Shown one piece after another: positions 50,455-63,414 of a stretch of 64,000 bases of DNA. Numbering within the stretch: the stretch's first letter is position 1; every line of letters begins with the position of its first letter. Origin of the DNA: Somniosus microcephalus (lineage: Eukaryota). The position numbers and the translations under genes are program-made. The stretch spans positions 45,508,001 to 45,572,000 of the forward strand of contig CM126226.1 in the NCBI GenBank assembly GCA_052327205.1. Reading direction: 5' to 3'. The notes beneath the pieces are model-generated. The model made no database searches. It was given only the letters and a program-made list of their open reading frames with translations, and was not told the origin of the DNA.

Positions 50455-50750
50455 GTTCTTTACAGATAATGAATTACTTTTGAAATGTAGTCACTGTTGT
50501 GACACAAGGCAGGTAATTTGTTCGTAACAATGTTCCACAAACAGCAATGAATTAAGTGAGGAATAAATGTTGGCCCAGAAACTGGGCGAACTCCTTGCTC
50601 TTCTTTGAAAAGTGTTGTGGGATCTTTTGCGTCCACCTGTGCAGATAGACAGGGCCTTGGTTTAATGTCACATCCACAAGATGGCACCTCCAACAATGCA
50701 GCACTTCCTCAGTACTCCACTGAAGTAATCTTAACTGGAGCACAGTACTT
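50455..50750 (-). mobile_element. Deu-domain SINE, degenerate
   Basis: Reverse complement matches 12939-13401 (acattaaaccaaggccctgtct..aaaagatccc..gtgactacatttcaaaagtaattc). Confidence 0.7.
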
Positions 50751-50848
50751 GGAACTCTCCTATATATATCTATCATTCTTTATTTTCTCTCTGAAAAAAA
50801 CAAGCCAATATGCTGCAGATGAACATTTCTGATCAAGTGTATAGTTAC

Positions 50849-50980
50849 CCGGTCTGTTCGAATAACCTCCAGTTCTCGTACAATGTAATCTTGTGCCATG
50901 CGTTCTTCCAGATGTCGCACAGAAATCAGGCCATACTCTGTTGATGCTTCCGAATCTGGCCAATAGCGGGAACATTTGTT
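50849..50980 (-). CDS. ptpn11b: SHP-2-like phosphatase exon 10 equivalent
   Basis: NKCSRYWPDSEASTEYGLISVRHLEERMAQDYIVRELEVIRTDR; 132 nt, AG/GT flanks; KC..YWP motif. Confidence 0.93.
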
Positions 50981-51199
50981 CTGGAAGAAACAGAAAATGA
51001 ACAATAATAGTACAGTACTCAAATTCCAAGCATGTAGTTTAACAGAAATATTCACAATGTGAAATTTTGTTTTAGATAAAATAGAAAATCTATCTTTTCA
51101 AAGGGACTTTAGGGATAGTGCTTTGAACTTAAAGCACTTTCCCTTAGTGATGTTCTGTGTGGTCATTTCTTCAAGTAACATGGTTCATTTTAAAACCAT

Positions 51200-52940
51200 A
51201 GGGCCAATTTTGTGATAGTACCGTAGTGACACGCCTGGAAGTGTGCAAACACATCTATTGGGCAGGAGCACATAGAATGGACCTCAAGAGTTTGCAAAGT
51301 AGACTCATTAAAATAATTGTCCTGAGCTCCCAGTGCAGATTGGTCCACTTGTTGAGAATGTGGGGCCAAGGGGTGATATCCAGTACGGCAGCAGATTTAA
51401 AGAGCTGCTGTTGTGCCTTAAAGGGGCAGAAAAACCATTACAATAGAAGAAACTGCATGGCTGAGGGCAGTGCAAGGCCCCAGGGAAGATGGAGGACTCC
51501 CCCTTTACAGAGAAAGCCCTAAAAAGGTGATTCTGAGAGAGGTGCAATGATAGAGAATTATCATCTTTGCGGCAGAGGGACATTCTTCTCAGAAGTCTGC
51601 CGTCCAGGCTGCCTGGGAAGAGTTGACAGGGCAGGTGAATGCGGTTTCACATGTGAGGAGGTCATGGGCACCGATGTCTTCCATTTGTAAAACGATAAAG
51701 TCATTAGCCCTGGAAATCAAAGTATTAGTGATCTGATGTATGCAGCAGTACACTGCAGACTAGTTCATCGGAGTGATGTCACCTGAGGCAGCTGGAAAAG
51801 AGCTAATGGCATAGAAGTTCAAGATGATGGTGACTTTCACCATCACTGGCAATTTCATCCCAGTCCCAGGCAAAATTGCAGGTGGTTCTGCAGGAGATGG
51901 CAACGTTTCAAGATTGCATCCTTAGTGACGCATAAGTAGTTGAAGGAAGATTTAATTATTCATGCCAAAAAACACTCTTCATTTAAAATTGCTTATATCA
52001 GGGGATACGCAAAGTCTGGCCAGCAGCTCAAGTTTAAAGGGATGTGTACATTTAAAACTAAGTGGTTGTAAATAGGGACAAATATTGTTTCAGTGTTTAT
52101 AAAGTTTCAAACTGGATTTTAAATATTTATTAGCCTTTGCAAAGTACCAGGCAAAATGAAAAGAAGCCCAATGTAGAGGCAAGAAATGGCATCTGTGGAC
52201 AAGTGATGGAGTAAAACAACACCTGACCCTCAGTTTATGGCTGTTAAAGCAGAAATGCTGTTGCATGAGATGGGGAGAGGAGGGTTGCCTGGTTCGGCAC
52301 TTCAGGACATGCTAGGTCCCGACCTTAGTTTGGAAATCAGGGTCGGCCTTGTAAGGGATGGAGCCTCTTCCCACTTTTACAAGGCCAACCATGTCAGAGT
52401 GGCAGGACCAGGGGCTGGAACTCCCTATCCTGGGAGTTCACAATATCCTGACCCACGAGGGGCCTTGCGCAAGACTGGAGGCTGTCATCCCCAGCGAGGT
52501 GTGCTGTACCGGCCGGCCTCCAGAAAGTGAAGTGGACCCCATGGAGGCAAGTTCAGGTCAGAAAAATGGCGTAAACCCTTGAAAATGGGTAACATTAAAA
52601 AAAATGTTAGTATTGGTCCCATTGCAAAGGAGGTCTGGGGGCTGAAGTGTATGGGGTCTCCGGCTTGGGGGGAGGGGGTGCAGAACTGGGCAGCTCCCCA
52701 TCAACGTTCCCTTTAAGCTCCGCGTCTGCGCAGCTCTGTGGACCTCCCACACAGCCGGCTCGTGGCTTTTCAATGGCAGCCGGAAGCATGGAGCGGGATT
52801 GAAATCTAAAATGCTCCTGTAATGGTGTGCCGGCTTCGTACAAATGAGGTGGCCACCCACTTACCCCGCATAGTTCACTGGGGTTAGCACAGGAGGGCAA
52901 TCGCAGGCATGCATCCAACAGCCTGTGGATTTTCGTGGCT
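51200..52940 (+). mobile_element. Degenerate Harbinger element with Myb/SANT remnant
   Basis: ~51490-51670 reads RTPPFTEKAL..IIIFAAEG..AVQAAWEELTGQVNAVSHVRRSW; termini uncertain. Confidence 0.5.
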
Positions 52941-53395
52941 ATTATGTTTAACATACTCGTACATTAACCTAAGATCCTCTTTGGATTTCTTTTGCCTTTT
53001 ATTTTCTGCTGACGAGAGGAAGGGAGGAGAGAAAACTGATTCCTTGCTGTGGTACAGTTTTAGGAGAGCTGTTCAAATGGGAATTACTTGCGTATGAGCT
53101 TGACAGTGAGAGTCAGCAGGCTACTTAACACTGGAGGGCCTCAGCCAAGCCTGATTCTATCCTCACGTGGTCTAAACATGTGTACATTCCACAGGGGTCA
53201 CATTAACCTCTTAATTTCTGAACCTGGGTTTACCCTGTAGTATAGCCGTTTGGCCCTTCTGCTAAAATTTTCAATTAAAAAAAATCTTATGAAATTCCAA
53301 TTTACAGTAATTTTAGCCAATCCATTTTTTATAAAAATTATTTAATGTTTTTTGGCTGTACCAAATATAATATCCATGAATAAGAATTTACTCAC

Positions 53396-53539
53396 CCTTC
53401 CTCTTTCTACCTCTTTGGTTGTCATGACAATGACGTGGGCATTTTCCTGATAAACCATTTTCCAAAAATCATTGATTGTATTCTGAAGACAGCCTTGTGT
53501 TGCAATGTAGTTTTTAGAATCATCTCCAATTTTTCCATT
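53396..53539 (-). CDS. ptpn11b: SHP-2-like phosphatase exon 9 equivalent
   Basis: [48 protein letters not shown]; donor gtgagt; acceptor taken as the first AG after the pyrimidine tract (ctgaag). Confidence 0.9.
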
Positions 53540-53814
53540 CTTCAGTTTTATGTGGGAATAAAGAAAACCATTGTTCCAATGTATACCGTTTCATTTTATT
53601 CAAGAAAGTATAAATGAGTTAAGTTTTATTGATTACTACCAAGACTATTACATACAAGAGGGATTGTTTAAACTAAACCTGTAAGATTTAAAAATATTAG
53701 TTGGTTCATGTTATTCTTTACCATCCCAACAAAAATAATTTTACATTGACGACCATTTTGAGACAATGTCAGATTGCATACTTACAAGGAGGTGAGCAAA
53801 GTTCCATTATCAAT

Positions 53815-53936
53815 CAAGGGATGTGGGGATCGGGCAGGAAAGTGGAGTTGAGGTCGAAGATCGGCGGTGATCTTATTGAATGGCAGAGTAGGCTCGAAGG
53901 GCCGTATGGCCTACTCCTGCTCAGAATTCTTATGTT
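53815..53936 (+). mobile_element. CR1 3' tail
   Basis: Same tail as 720-855 and 38075-38195. Confidence 0.7.
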
Positions 53937-55977
53937 ATCATCTGCTCAAAATTTCAAAAACTTCTACAGGGAATTTTTTTGAACTATATATAATTATTTT
54001 GCTTACCCTGGAGTCTGATACTTCTCATGTAAAAAAAAGGGTTTTGTTCATTTGAGAAAACTAAGATGCCCTTATCTTGGAAATTACAAAATATGGTTCC
54101 CCCCACCCCTCGCTGATCTGTATCAAGCGTCTCTCTCTGATGTCACAGTTGAGATCGGGAACTTTCTATGCGGATAATTATGAAGCAGCATCAGAGAAAA
54201 ATTAAGAATTCTTGGGGCCCTGGGCTGCTGGAACATTCGGGGCCTTTGCAACCCCATACAACACCCGCCCGCCCACCGGACCCACCCAATCCATTAAAAC
54301 TCAAACGTGTAGTAAAATGCATGAAGTAGGCTTGCAGAATGTTTACACATTGCATTAATAATAAAGCAAATCATATTGCAATATACTATGCTTAAACGAT
54401 CCTGCTTCATTTTGTGTCTCACACAAAAAGACTATAAATTCTGTAAGTTTAATACCCAGGCTCTATTATATCACAGACGTTATCTACTATCAGCATCTAA
54501 TTATTATTAAGGATACAAAACACCACGCCAGTGAACATTTCAATTGCAGTATTTCCTCAGTAAGAATAATCCAAGATATATCTGTTACATGCCGCACTGC
54601 ATCAAAATAATTGAATTTGCCTGCCATCAGGTACTTATTCCAACTCCGTAATTTAACAGGGAAACATTTTTTGGAGGCAGGAATGACAGGAAATAAATGT
54701 GGAGCATTTATTTAATGTTAGACTGGAATCTATGGGGGGGGGGGGGGGGGCGCGAGAGAGAAAATCCTGTAATTCCCATGAATATTTAAGATTAATATCT
54801 ACGCTAAAATGCTGAAACTGCAGTTTTATGTAACATCATTGGGACCTATATAAAAACAAAGCCTAGCCCACTGCTAACCCCAGAACACTCACTATCGTGC
54901 TTGTCATTACCTCAGTGTTCACTGCTCTGCACCGCAGCCTTTTGCGAGTTATCATGAAACTGGGTCGGGAAAGGTTTGGCGCACCTTGTGCATGAAATTC
55001 CAAGAACTGGGAGGCCGCTGCAAACAGGCAAAGAAAGTCCACATGCGCGTGCAAACCACGGGTGGGACGCGCATACCGTAAACTATACTTCCCTATTTTC
55101 TCCTAGGTTGCTCGCAGCAGTGCCCAGGAGATTAATCTTTCATTCCTGGAGAGTAGCCCCATGTGAATGATGCTCCAACTTTCTGTCCCTGTGGGAAAGT
55201 AACTGAGTTGTGAGTTTCACCGGGGGCCCCATATTTGCAGAGGGCCCCATGGCACAGGTCCATGCATTAATTCGCCTTGAGTAGCATATTAACACACTAA
55301 AGAGCTGCACCACAGGTTTGCCTTGTTTTGGCACATGTCCAAAGATGGGCTAGTGGGTGGATTATAGTTACCAGCAATTGTACATGATCAGGCTAATTAG
55401 AAAGACCCAAGTATCTGCCAGGGGGACAATATGGATTTGTTTAAATCTCATGATCATGACATCTCCATCCAATCCTCTGTAACTGACAGAGGAGAGGCAA
55501 CCTTTGGGCAATATTATGTGTACTGTATTTGCATATTGTGGAGTGGTTCCACCTGAAGGAACATTGGCAAGAACCAGTGACATTTGTAGTTGTTTAAAGT
55601 GGTTTCAGTCTGGTGTCTGAAGCCAAGGTATGAATGAACTGGAATTCTCATCTGCAGTAGTACAATAACAAGAGCACCAGTGCAGGTGAAAGATTTAGTT
55701 GCCACAGTAGAATGCAATTTTTCTGGTCTGTTATTTTCTGTTTGTTTTAAATTGAGACGTTTAATTAATGTATTATTAATATATTTGAACTTTAGCATCA
55801 CAAACCCAGAGGAATGACGACCTTGGAAATGACCAATGGAACCGATTTTCTAGATTCCCATACTGCTTTTGGTGATGTATAAAATACATAAGGCTGGATA
55901 CAACCAGCCAATCAGGTTAAAACTAGAGTTGAGAATAAAGTCATTACAAACCATCTTGAAGAAGAATAGACACTTAC

Positions 55978-56057
55978 TGTGATATTATTAGCATTGATAT
56001 AATCCGATCCCAATATTGTTTCATCCACATCCTTCAGTATAACTCTGGTATTATCAA
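55978..56057 (-). CDS. ptpn11b: SHP-2-like phosphatase exon 8 equivalent
   Basis: (F)DNTRVILKDVDETILGSDYINANNIT; 80 nt; DYINAN motif; AG/GT flanks. Confidence 0.93.
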
Positions 56058-56436
56058 CTACAACAAGGAGGTAACAATTAGCATCATTAGTATAAAGTCC
56101 TTAAACCTTAACCTGCAATATCTTTTTATACGGTTATGTTTCGGTGATGGCAAAATTACATTCAGAGAATTACATGTACTATGATTAGTACAAGTTTGTT
56201 AGACATGGAAAAACTGTGCTGAGATAGACGCAACTCAACCCATGCCAGCTCACAGGAAACAGTTCATTGTGACTGTGCACCCTGCAACATTTCACTGCAG
56301 TATTGTCAGGCAGTAATACAATTTGGAAGCATTAACTCAGTCTCTATATTTTAATTGTCACCTGTACAAAATTGCAACAAAAAAAAAAATCAAACCAGCA
56401 CCAGCCATCCATGAATAGAAGCACAGCATCAATTTA

Positions 56437-56676
<240 letters not shown>

Positions 56677-57517
56677 TTAAAGGAAAGTGCAAAAGGTGCA
56701 TATCACATGCTTGAAATAACTTTTAGCAATTAAATCCTGAGAGTTGGACTCTACTTTGATTGGATGAATTGATTATGAGAATATTTATTACATTGCACAG
56801 AACCTCAGCTACTTTTTGTTCTGTGATGTAGAGATAAGCATTTAATTACATTCAAATAATCATGTGGACTGGTGTACACTTTTTAATTTTGTGGGGTGGC
56901 AAAATGAGTGCTGTTCCCCCTTCACTCCTCCTGCTGGAGGGGGTTGAATCACTGCTGTGGGCAAGAATTCTTATAAATGTTTTGCAAAACGAGGAATCCA
57001 GTTACTACAGCAGTATCCAAAGAGGTATCACAGCCTGAAAAAGTTACTGCAATTCAATTTTTTGTGTGAAATCTAATCAAGAGGTCAAGGCAAGTTTTGC
57101 AAAATGACTGATTTAAGGCACTTTTATACTCGTCACTTCTGTAGTTTAGGTCAAGGTAGAGTGATGCCTTTACATATCAATGTGCATACATTGCTAAAAT
57201 TTTAGATCCATCTTGTTGAGGAGCTACAACCTTGCTGTCGGGTTAAGGGAGCTGGTTTTAGCAATGTAAAGACCAGCCATTGGTGCGAGGACATCAACCT
57301 CTTACAACCCGAACTAAAGAAGCATCAAAATATCTTTAGAGGGGTTAAAATGAGACATGGGACTAAAGTTGCATAAGTGAGTCAAAATGTAGTTAGCTAA
57401 AAAAATTTAAAAAAGTTTCTCGTAATGGGGTGGTCAGGTTACAGGTTACATGGGAAGGTCAACTTGCGAGATTCTATTCTGTGTATTAAAAAAATATACA
57501 TATATAGTCCTGCTTAC

Positions 57518-57631
57518 CTCAAACTCTTCCCAAAAGCCTTGCTTGGCCTTTTCTGTGTTATCTGCTGTTTTATTGAGTTCCTTCACTCGATTCTCTATGT
57601 TTGCAGCATTTATTCTTGTGGCATTAAGTGG
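57518..57631 (-). CDS. ptpn11b: SHP-2-like phosphatase exon 6 equivalent
   Basis: [38 protein letters not shown]; 114 nt; AG/GT flanks. Confidence 0.95.
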
Positions 57632-58294
57632 CTGTGAAAAAAACAAGTTGCTTCATTAAAATGACAACTTTTTTCAGTTAATTCAATTGAATAGTCATCA
57701 ATAAACACAAACAGCGAAATTAAAATGTACCATCAAGTCCACTGAATAGCTCATTAAAACAGCAGGGCTTCCTCATTTTACCTCGGGGGAGAAATTCAAC
57801 TCATGGCACGCATCTTTTCAGAATAAAATCAACGTTAACTTCCGAACTTTGCGCCTGGCATTCCGGATTTGTGCAGGAACGTATGCTGACTTGGGTGACT
57901 TTTAATGAGAGCTATAAGTGGGAATTTACAAAGATTTCCTTTTAAACTGTGGATATTAAGAGGTAAAAGTTTCACTGTGCTGTTCCTTGGTGCATGCTAG
58001 GAGAAAATACTGTAATACTGAAAATCCCCAGCCCATGATTTTCTCTTCATTAATAAAAATGGATGGAAATTTCATGGGTTGGAAGTGCACAGTTTTATGT
58101 GCGCTCCTGGCACACTCTTAGAAGCAGTACAGCTGATTTAAAAAAAATCCTATATTACTAATTTAAAAAAGGTGTCCTTCTAAAATTGAATTGTAGGCAG
58201 TAAAATCTTTGTTATACTGATCAAACATTACCCTAGCCATTGTACACAAAAGAAAGAAATTGTCTTGTCTTGGTACCCTTGTTATTTTATATAT

Positions 58295-58700
58295 ATAATG
58301 ATGATTTGGACAAGGGCATCATTAGCAAGCTCTCCAAGTTTACTGCTGGTGCTTAATTAGGGGACAGAGAAAATAATGAGAAACTATGAAATCAGTTTCT
58401 AAAGGAATTAGATGTTTTGGGTGAATAGGTAGCAGATGCAATTCAATATGGATAGGTTTAAATAATTAGCATATAAACAAGGGACCAAAAGGAGCATATA
58501 TGAATTTCAATAGTCATACAATGCGCTGATCAAAAGATCTAGGGATCACTGTGGACAAATCTGTGTAACTGTCAGCCCTGTACCTGGCTGCAGTTTAAAA
58601 AAAAAGGGTAAGCACTATAAAATGGTGGGTTCTATTAGCAGATTAAAATAGGTTACATAGTTGCTGTAACTGGTGCTGTGCACGGAGTTATTTAGATGCA
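58295..58700 (+). mobile_element. Highly degenerate CR1 RT fragment
   Basis: IYNDDLDKGIISKLSKF..; gcagatgcaattcaat and aaaagatctagggatcactgtggac resemble the CR1 RT region. Confidence 0.5.
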
Positions 58701-59279
58701 TTTATGCACGAAAGGAACTGAGGCACATGATGAGAAGTGGCTAGAAAGGAGTTGCAATGCATCAAAACAGGATGGGCTTGTTGATTCTGTAGACCTTTCC
58801 TTTTTCCTAAAAATCCTTCTGATCTTATGCTTTCCCTTCCAAGCCCAATGACTCAAAATGCAAAAATCATGCGTGGCACTTCCATTCACGTTTATTTTTT
58901 TTAAAAAGACAGTCATTTTGAAAACGCTCCAATCAAAACAATAACTGATTGTTGTAAATTACGTGTTGCTACCAAAGTCACATTTGCTAGCCTTCCCTGA
59001 AACACAAGGAATGCTTTGGTTATTATCCCCAGATACTTAGCGGGTACTTTTTTGAAAGCGTATACAGATTTCACTTTTTTGGCTGTTACAAGCATCTAGA
59101 AATGTTCATTCAACACACGCTGCTAGGAACACAGTCACATTTGCAATGAATGACAGTTCCAGGAAACTCATTTTTAACTGGTATAAAGAATCTGATGAGA
59201 AAAGGGCACTTATCAAGTTTGTGGGAAATCTTAAAGGATTAAGTTACCGATAACACAAGTCAAGCTTTATAGCAACAGG

Positions 59280-60067
59280 CTTCAGGAGGACATAGACAGA
59301 CTGGTGAAATGGGCAGACACATGGCAGATGAAATGTGAAATGATAGATTTTGGTAGGAAGAATGAGGAGAGGCAATTTAAACTAAATGGTACAATTTTTA
59401 AGGGGGTTCAGGAACAGAGAGACAAATCTTTGAAGGTGGCAGGACAAGTTGAGAAGGCTGTTAAAAAAACATAAGGGATCCTTGACTTTATTACTAGAGG
59501 AATAGGGTACAAAAGCAAGGAAGTTATGCTAAACCTTTATAAAACACTGGTTAAGCCTCAGCTGGAGTAGTGTGTTCAATTCTGGGCATCACACTTTAGG
59601 AAGGATGTCAAGGCCTTGGAGAGGGTGCAGAAGAGGTTTACTAAAATGGTACCAGGGATGAGGGACTTTAATTATGTGGATAGACTGGAGAAGCTGGGGT
59701 TGTTCTCCTTAGAGCAGAGAAGGTTAAGAGGAGATTTGGTAGAGGTGTTCAAAATCATGAACAGTTTTGACAGAGTAAATAAGGAAAAACTGTTCCCAGT
59801 GGCACAAGGGTCGGTAACCAGAGGCCGCAGATTTAAGGTGACTGACAAAAGAACTAGAGGCAACATAAGGAAAAAAATGTTTTACTTAGTTAATTGTTAT
59901 GATCTGGAATGCATTGTCTGAAAGGGTGGTGGAAACAGATTCAATAGTAACTTTCAAAAGGGAATTGGGTAACTACTTGAAGGGAAAAGTTTGCAGGGCT
60001 ATGGGGAAAGAGCGGGGAAAGGCACAATGGGCTGAATAGCCTCCTTCTGTGCTGCATCATTCTATGA
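59280..60067 (+). mobile_element. CR1 LINE 3' part
   Basis: ERVQKRFTKMVPGMRDFNYVDRLEKLGLFSLEQRRLRGDL; tail ttctatgat. Confidence 0.9.
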
Positions 60068-60266
60068 TAAAAGATGCACACACAAGCACTGATATAGTAA
60101 TATGAATGACTCACCCCGGGTTCTAGTGCTACAAATGAAAAATGTTAAAATATAAACGGTGCATGTGTCAGATTCACTTTTTTGTGCCTTTTCAAAAATT
60201 ATTTACCACTCTGGAAAATAATCCAGAAGTACATAAACCTACCCTCTAGAAGGACAAATACTGTAC

Positions 60267-60383
60267 CTGTTTAAGGTGGACGACAATTCCAGAAACTTCG
60301 ACCATTGGGTTTTTCTTGTAGTGTTCCACTAGGTCGGTAAGTGTGTCAAACCTTTCACCTCCACCAACGTCATACTTTCCACC
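60267..60383 (-). CDS. ptpn11b: SHP-2-like phosphatase exon 5 equivalent (C-SH2 second half); upstream exons lie outside the window
   Basis: [39 protein letters not shown]; 117 nt; acceptor tttttgttttgatgcag, donor gtacag. Confidence 0.93.
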
Positions 60384-62033
60384 CTGCATCAAAACAAAAA
60401 ACAGACTGATTAAAATGCACAGATGGCTTGTAATATAGAATATCAGTCTAAAAAGAGATTTGGAGCCTAATATCCTCTTAGTCTGAGATTTTAGAGGGGC
60501 TTATCGTAAATTTAATATTGTGGAGTTGGTTGGTCTCTAAATGCATGGAAAGATGTTTAGGTTTGCTGCAGAAGTATTAATTCTTTGGTCATCATCCAGA
60601 CAAAACAATGTCCTACACTACACTTTGTCCATTGTCTGATTAAGGATGCGGGATGTTCTGAGTTCAAACAACACGTTAATGCCATTATCAGCATTAAGTA
60701 CTCTTGGATCATAGGATAGGTCAGATGAAAAGTAAAACTCCGCGATTTTGGCCTAACAACAGATCTTAATCCTAATGTCAGAACCGCTCCACCCCACCCC
60801 TTCCCCCAACGTAGCGCAGAAGTGTGAATTTTTCATTTTCCACACTAGCTATTATGATGTCCTCTCTGAATTATGGGAAGATTTGTGCTGTGCACTTTTG
60901 CTCACTAGAAACTTGGGGGAAGATTTCACTAATTATCGTGACATTTTAAACAAGGATAAAGAGTGCATTTATAACTTTGCTATAAAAAGTGACCAGTGGA
61001 AATCATCCCCCTTGGTTGGCAAAGTGTCAAACTCATTTCATATTAGTCAGCCTACAGTTGGAAAATTGAGGATATCTCCATCCCATAAATCTGGCTGGAG
61101 TGGAAGTCAGGTTCCAGAAGTGAAAGGACAGTGTTCAAACACACTGCATCACCCAACTATTTAAGTGTTCAGTATTTGTCATTTTAAAATGTCTCTGTGC
61201 TTTCTCCCAAGTGACTTGATATTCACGAGGACTCTGCCCATCAGCTACATTATACTCTTGTCATATGAAGTAAAGCACCAAGAACTCATCATTTTATAGC
61301 ACAATATCATACTTCTAAGAGGATTAATAAATGTAGTAATTAAAACTAAATTAACATATAATGGCAGAAGAAATAGCTAGAATGCCAGTTTACACCAGTA
61401 ATAGACCAAGTAGCAATCCACAGCTCAGAGTAGAAAGTTAGACACACACAGAGGCCCCGAATTTCCTATGGGGTTCTGCCAGAGTCTGGCTATAATCTGG
61501 AGGGAGATCAGTGGAGCCTACCAAAAAATGGCAGGAACATGATTTTGCCAGGTTTCTGCCATTTCTGGGATTTCCCAGCCTGCCCCAAACAAGGCAAATG
61601 TTGTCAGGGGAACAGAAAGAGGGGGAGTTCCTGCTTACTTTTATTTGGGATCTAGCTTGCTACTGGCAGCTGGTATGCCAAGTAAGATGGGTGTAGGTGA
61701 GCCACATTGTGGGAGAGGGTATTCAGGACAAGCAGGTAGACTGGACACTCCAAGAATGGAGAAAATAAATTCTTAAATGTTCTTGATTATACAGGGGCCA
61801 AAGAGGACATACTGGTGTTGGGAGTCTGGGCAACTTTCTCCCATGGTGGGCAGGCTCCAGATTTTCCAGCTACGTGGATCAGGTTGGTACTGAAGATGTG
61901 TCCACAGTGGAGCAGGTGCCTGTCTTGCCCATGCAAATTAGATGTCCTGCTACTAACCCCAGAGCCATAATACTTATTATATATAGGATAATACACAGTC
62001 TAGAATGCCCTCCAAGAGGTTGAAATTATGCTA

Positions 62034-63414
62034 CAGGAAACTCTTTGGTATCTGGCACCGACGGGACCGGGATGGTGCCGGTTGATTAAAAATTCCGGAT
62101 AAGGAAGAAAGGACATGGAGTGACAATGGCCCAAGGTACAAGAGCCCCGTAGCACAGCCAGAAGTGCTGGCACCCCGATCACACAGCCAGAAGTGCTGGA
62201 GCCCCGATCACACAGCCACAGGTACAGGAGCCCCGATCACACAGCCACAGGTGCTGGAGCCCCGATCACACGGCCACAAGTGCTGGAGCCCCGATCACAC
62301 GGCCACAGGTGCTGGAGCCCCGATCACACAGCCACAGGTGCTGGAGCCCCGATCACACAGCCACAGGTGCTGGAGCCCCGATCACACAGCCACAGGTACA
62401 GGAGCCCCGATCACACAGCCACAAATGCTGGAGCCCCGATCACACAGCCACAAGTGCTGGAGCCCCGATCACACAGGTACAAGTGCTGGAGCCCCGATCA
62501 CACAGCCACAGGTACAGGAGCCCCGATCACACGGCCACAGGTGCTGGAGTCCCGATCCCACAGCCACAGGTGCTGGAGCCCCGATCACACAGGTACAGGT
62601 GCTGGAGCCCCGATCACACAGCCACAGGTGCTGGAGCCCCGATCACACGGCCACAAGTGCTGGAGCCCCGATCACACGGCCACAGGTGCTGGAGCCCCGA
62701 TCACACGGCCACAGGTGCTGGAGCCCCGATCACACGGCCACAGGTGCTGGAGCCCCGATCACACGGCCACAGGTGCTGGAGCCCCGATCACACGGCCACA
62801 GGTGCTGGAGCCCCGATCACACGGCCACAGGTGCTGGAGCCCCGATCACACGGCCACAAGTGCTGGAGCCCCGATCACACGGCCACAGGTGCTGGAGCCC
62901 CGATCACACGGCCACAGGTACAGGAGCCCCGATCACACAGCCACAGGTACAGGAGCCCCGATCACACAGCCACAGGTGCCGGAGCCCCGATCACACAGCC
63001 ACAGGTACAGGAGCCCCGATCACACAGCCAGAAGTGCTGGAGCCCCGATCACACGGCCACAAGTGCTGGAGCCCCGATCACACGGCCACAAGTGCTGGAG
63101 CCCCGATCACACGGCCACAGGTGCTGGAGCCCCGATCACACAGCCACAGGTGCTGGAGCCCCGATCACACAGCCACAGGTACAGGAGCCCCGATCACACA
63201 GCCAGAAGTGCTGGAGCCCCGATCACACGGCCACAAGTGCTGGAGCCCCGATCACACAGGTACAGGGGACCCGGTTACACGGCAAAAGGTACGAGATCCC
63301 CGGTTACACAGCCGCAATTATACAGTATACGGAAGCCTCAAAACTTACTCCTGAATTTTGCCGGTTATTAGAGAATTCTGGATAATTAGGTGCCGTTTAA
63401 ACGAGAGTGTCCTG
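62034..63414. mobile_element. Tigger/pogo-like MITE hosting a minisatellite
   Basis: TA on both sides (62032-62033, 63415-63416); TIRs caggaaactctttggtatctggcacc vs revcomp caggacactctcgtttaaacggcacc (18/26); subterminal ccggataa/ccggtta motifs. Confidence 0.7.
62164..63259 (+). repeat. 29-bp minisatellite, ~38 copies (degenerate copies extend to ~62135 and ~63316)
   Basis: Unit gtgctggagccccgatcacac(a/g)gccaca(g/a) with variants gtacaggag, aggtaca, gccagaa; no spacers. Confidence 0.97.

Noticed and set aside
54734-54750. Poly(G) run (also ~5748 and ~33989) as a functional G-quadruplex
   Set aside because: Simple homopolymers with no supporting context; lengths are prone to assembly error.
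62164-63259. CRISPR array
   Set aside because: Units are directly adjacent with no unique spacers, no cas genes are present, and the DNA is vertebrate.
62164-63385. Three long ORFs (396, 392, 358 aa) as protein-coding genes
   Set aside because: They are a by-product of a stop-free 29-bp repeat, are the same periodic peptide in three frames, appear to begin at non-ATG codons and lie antisense in an intron.
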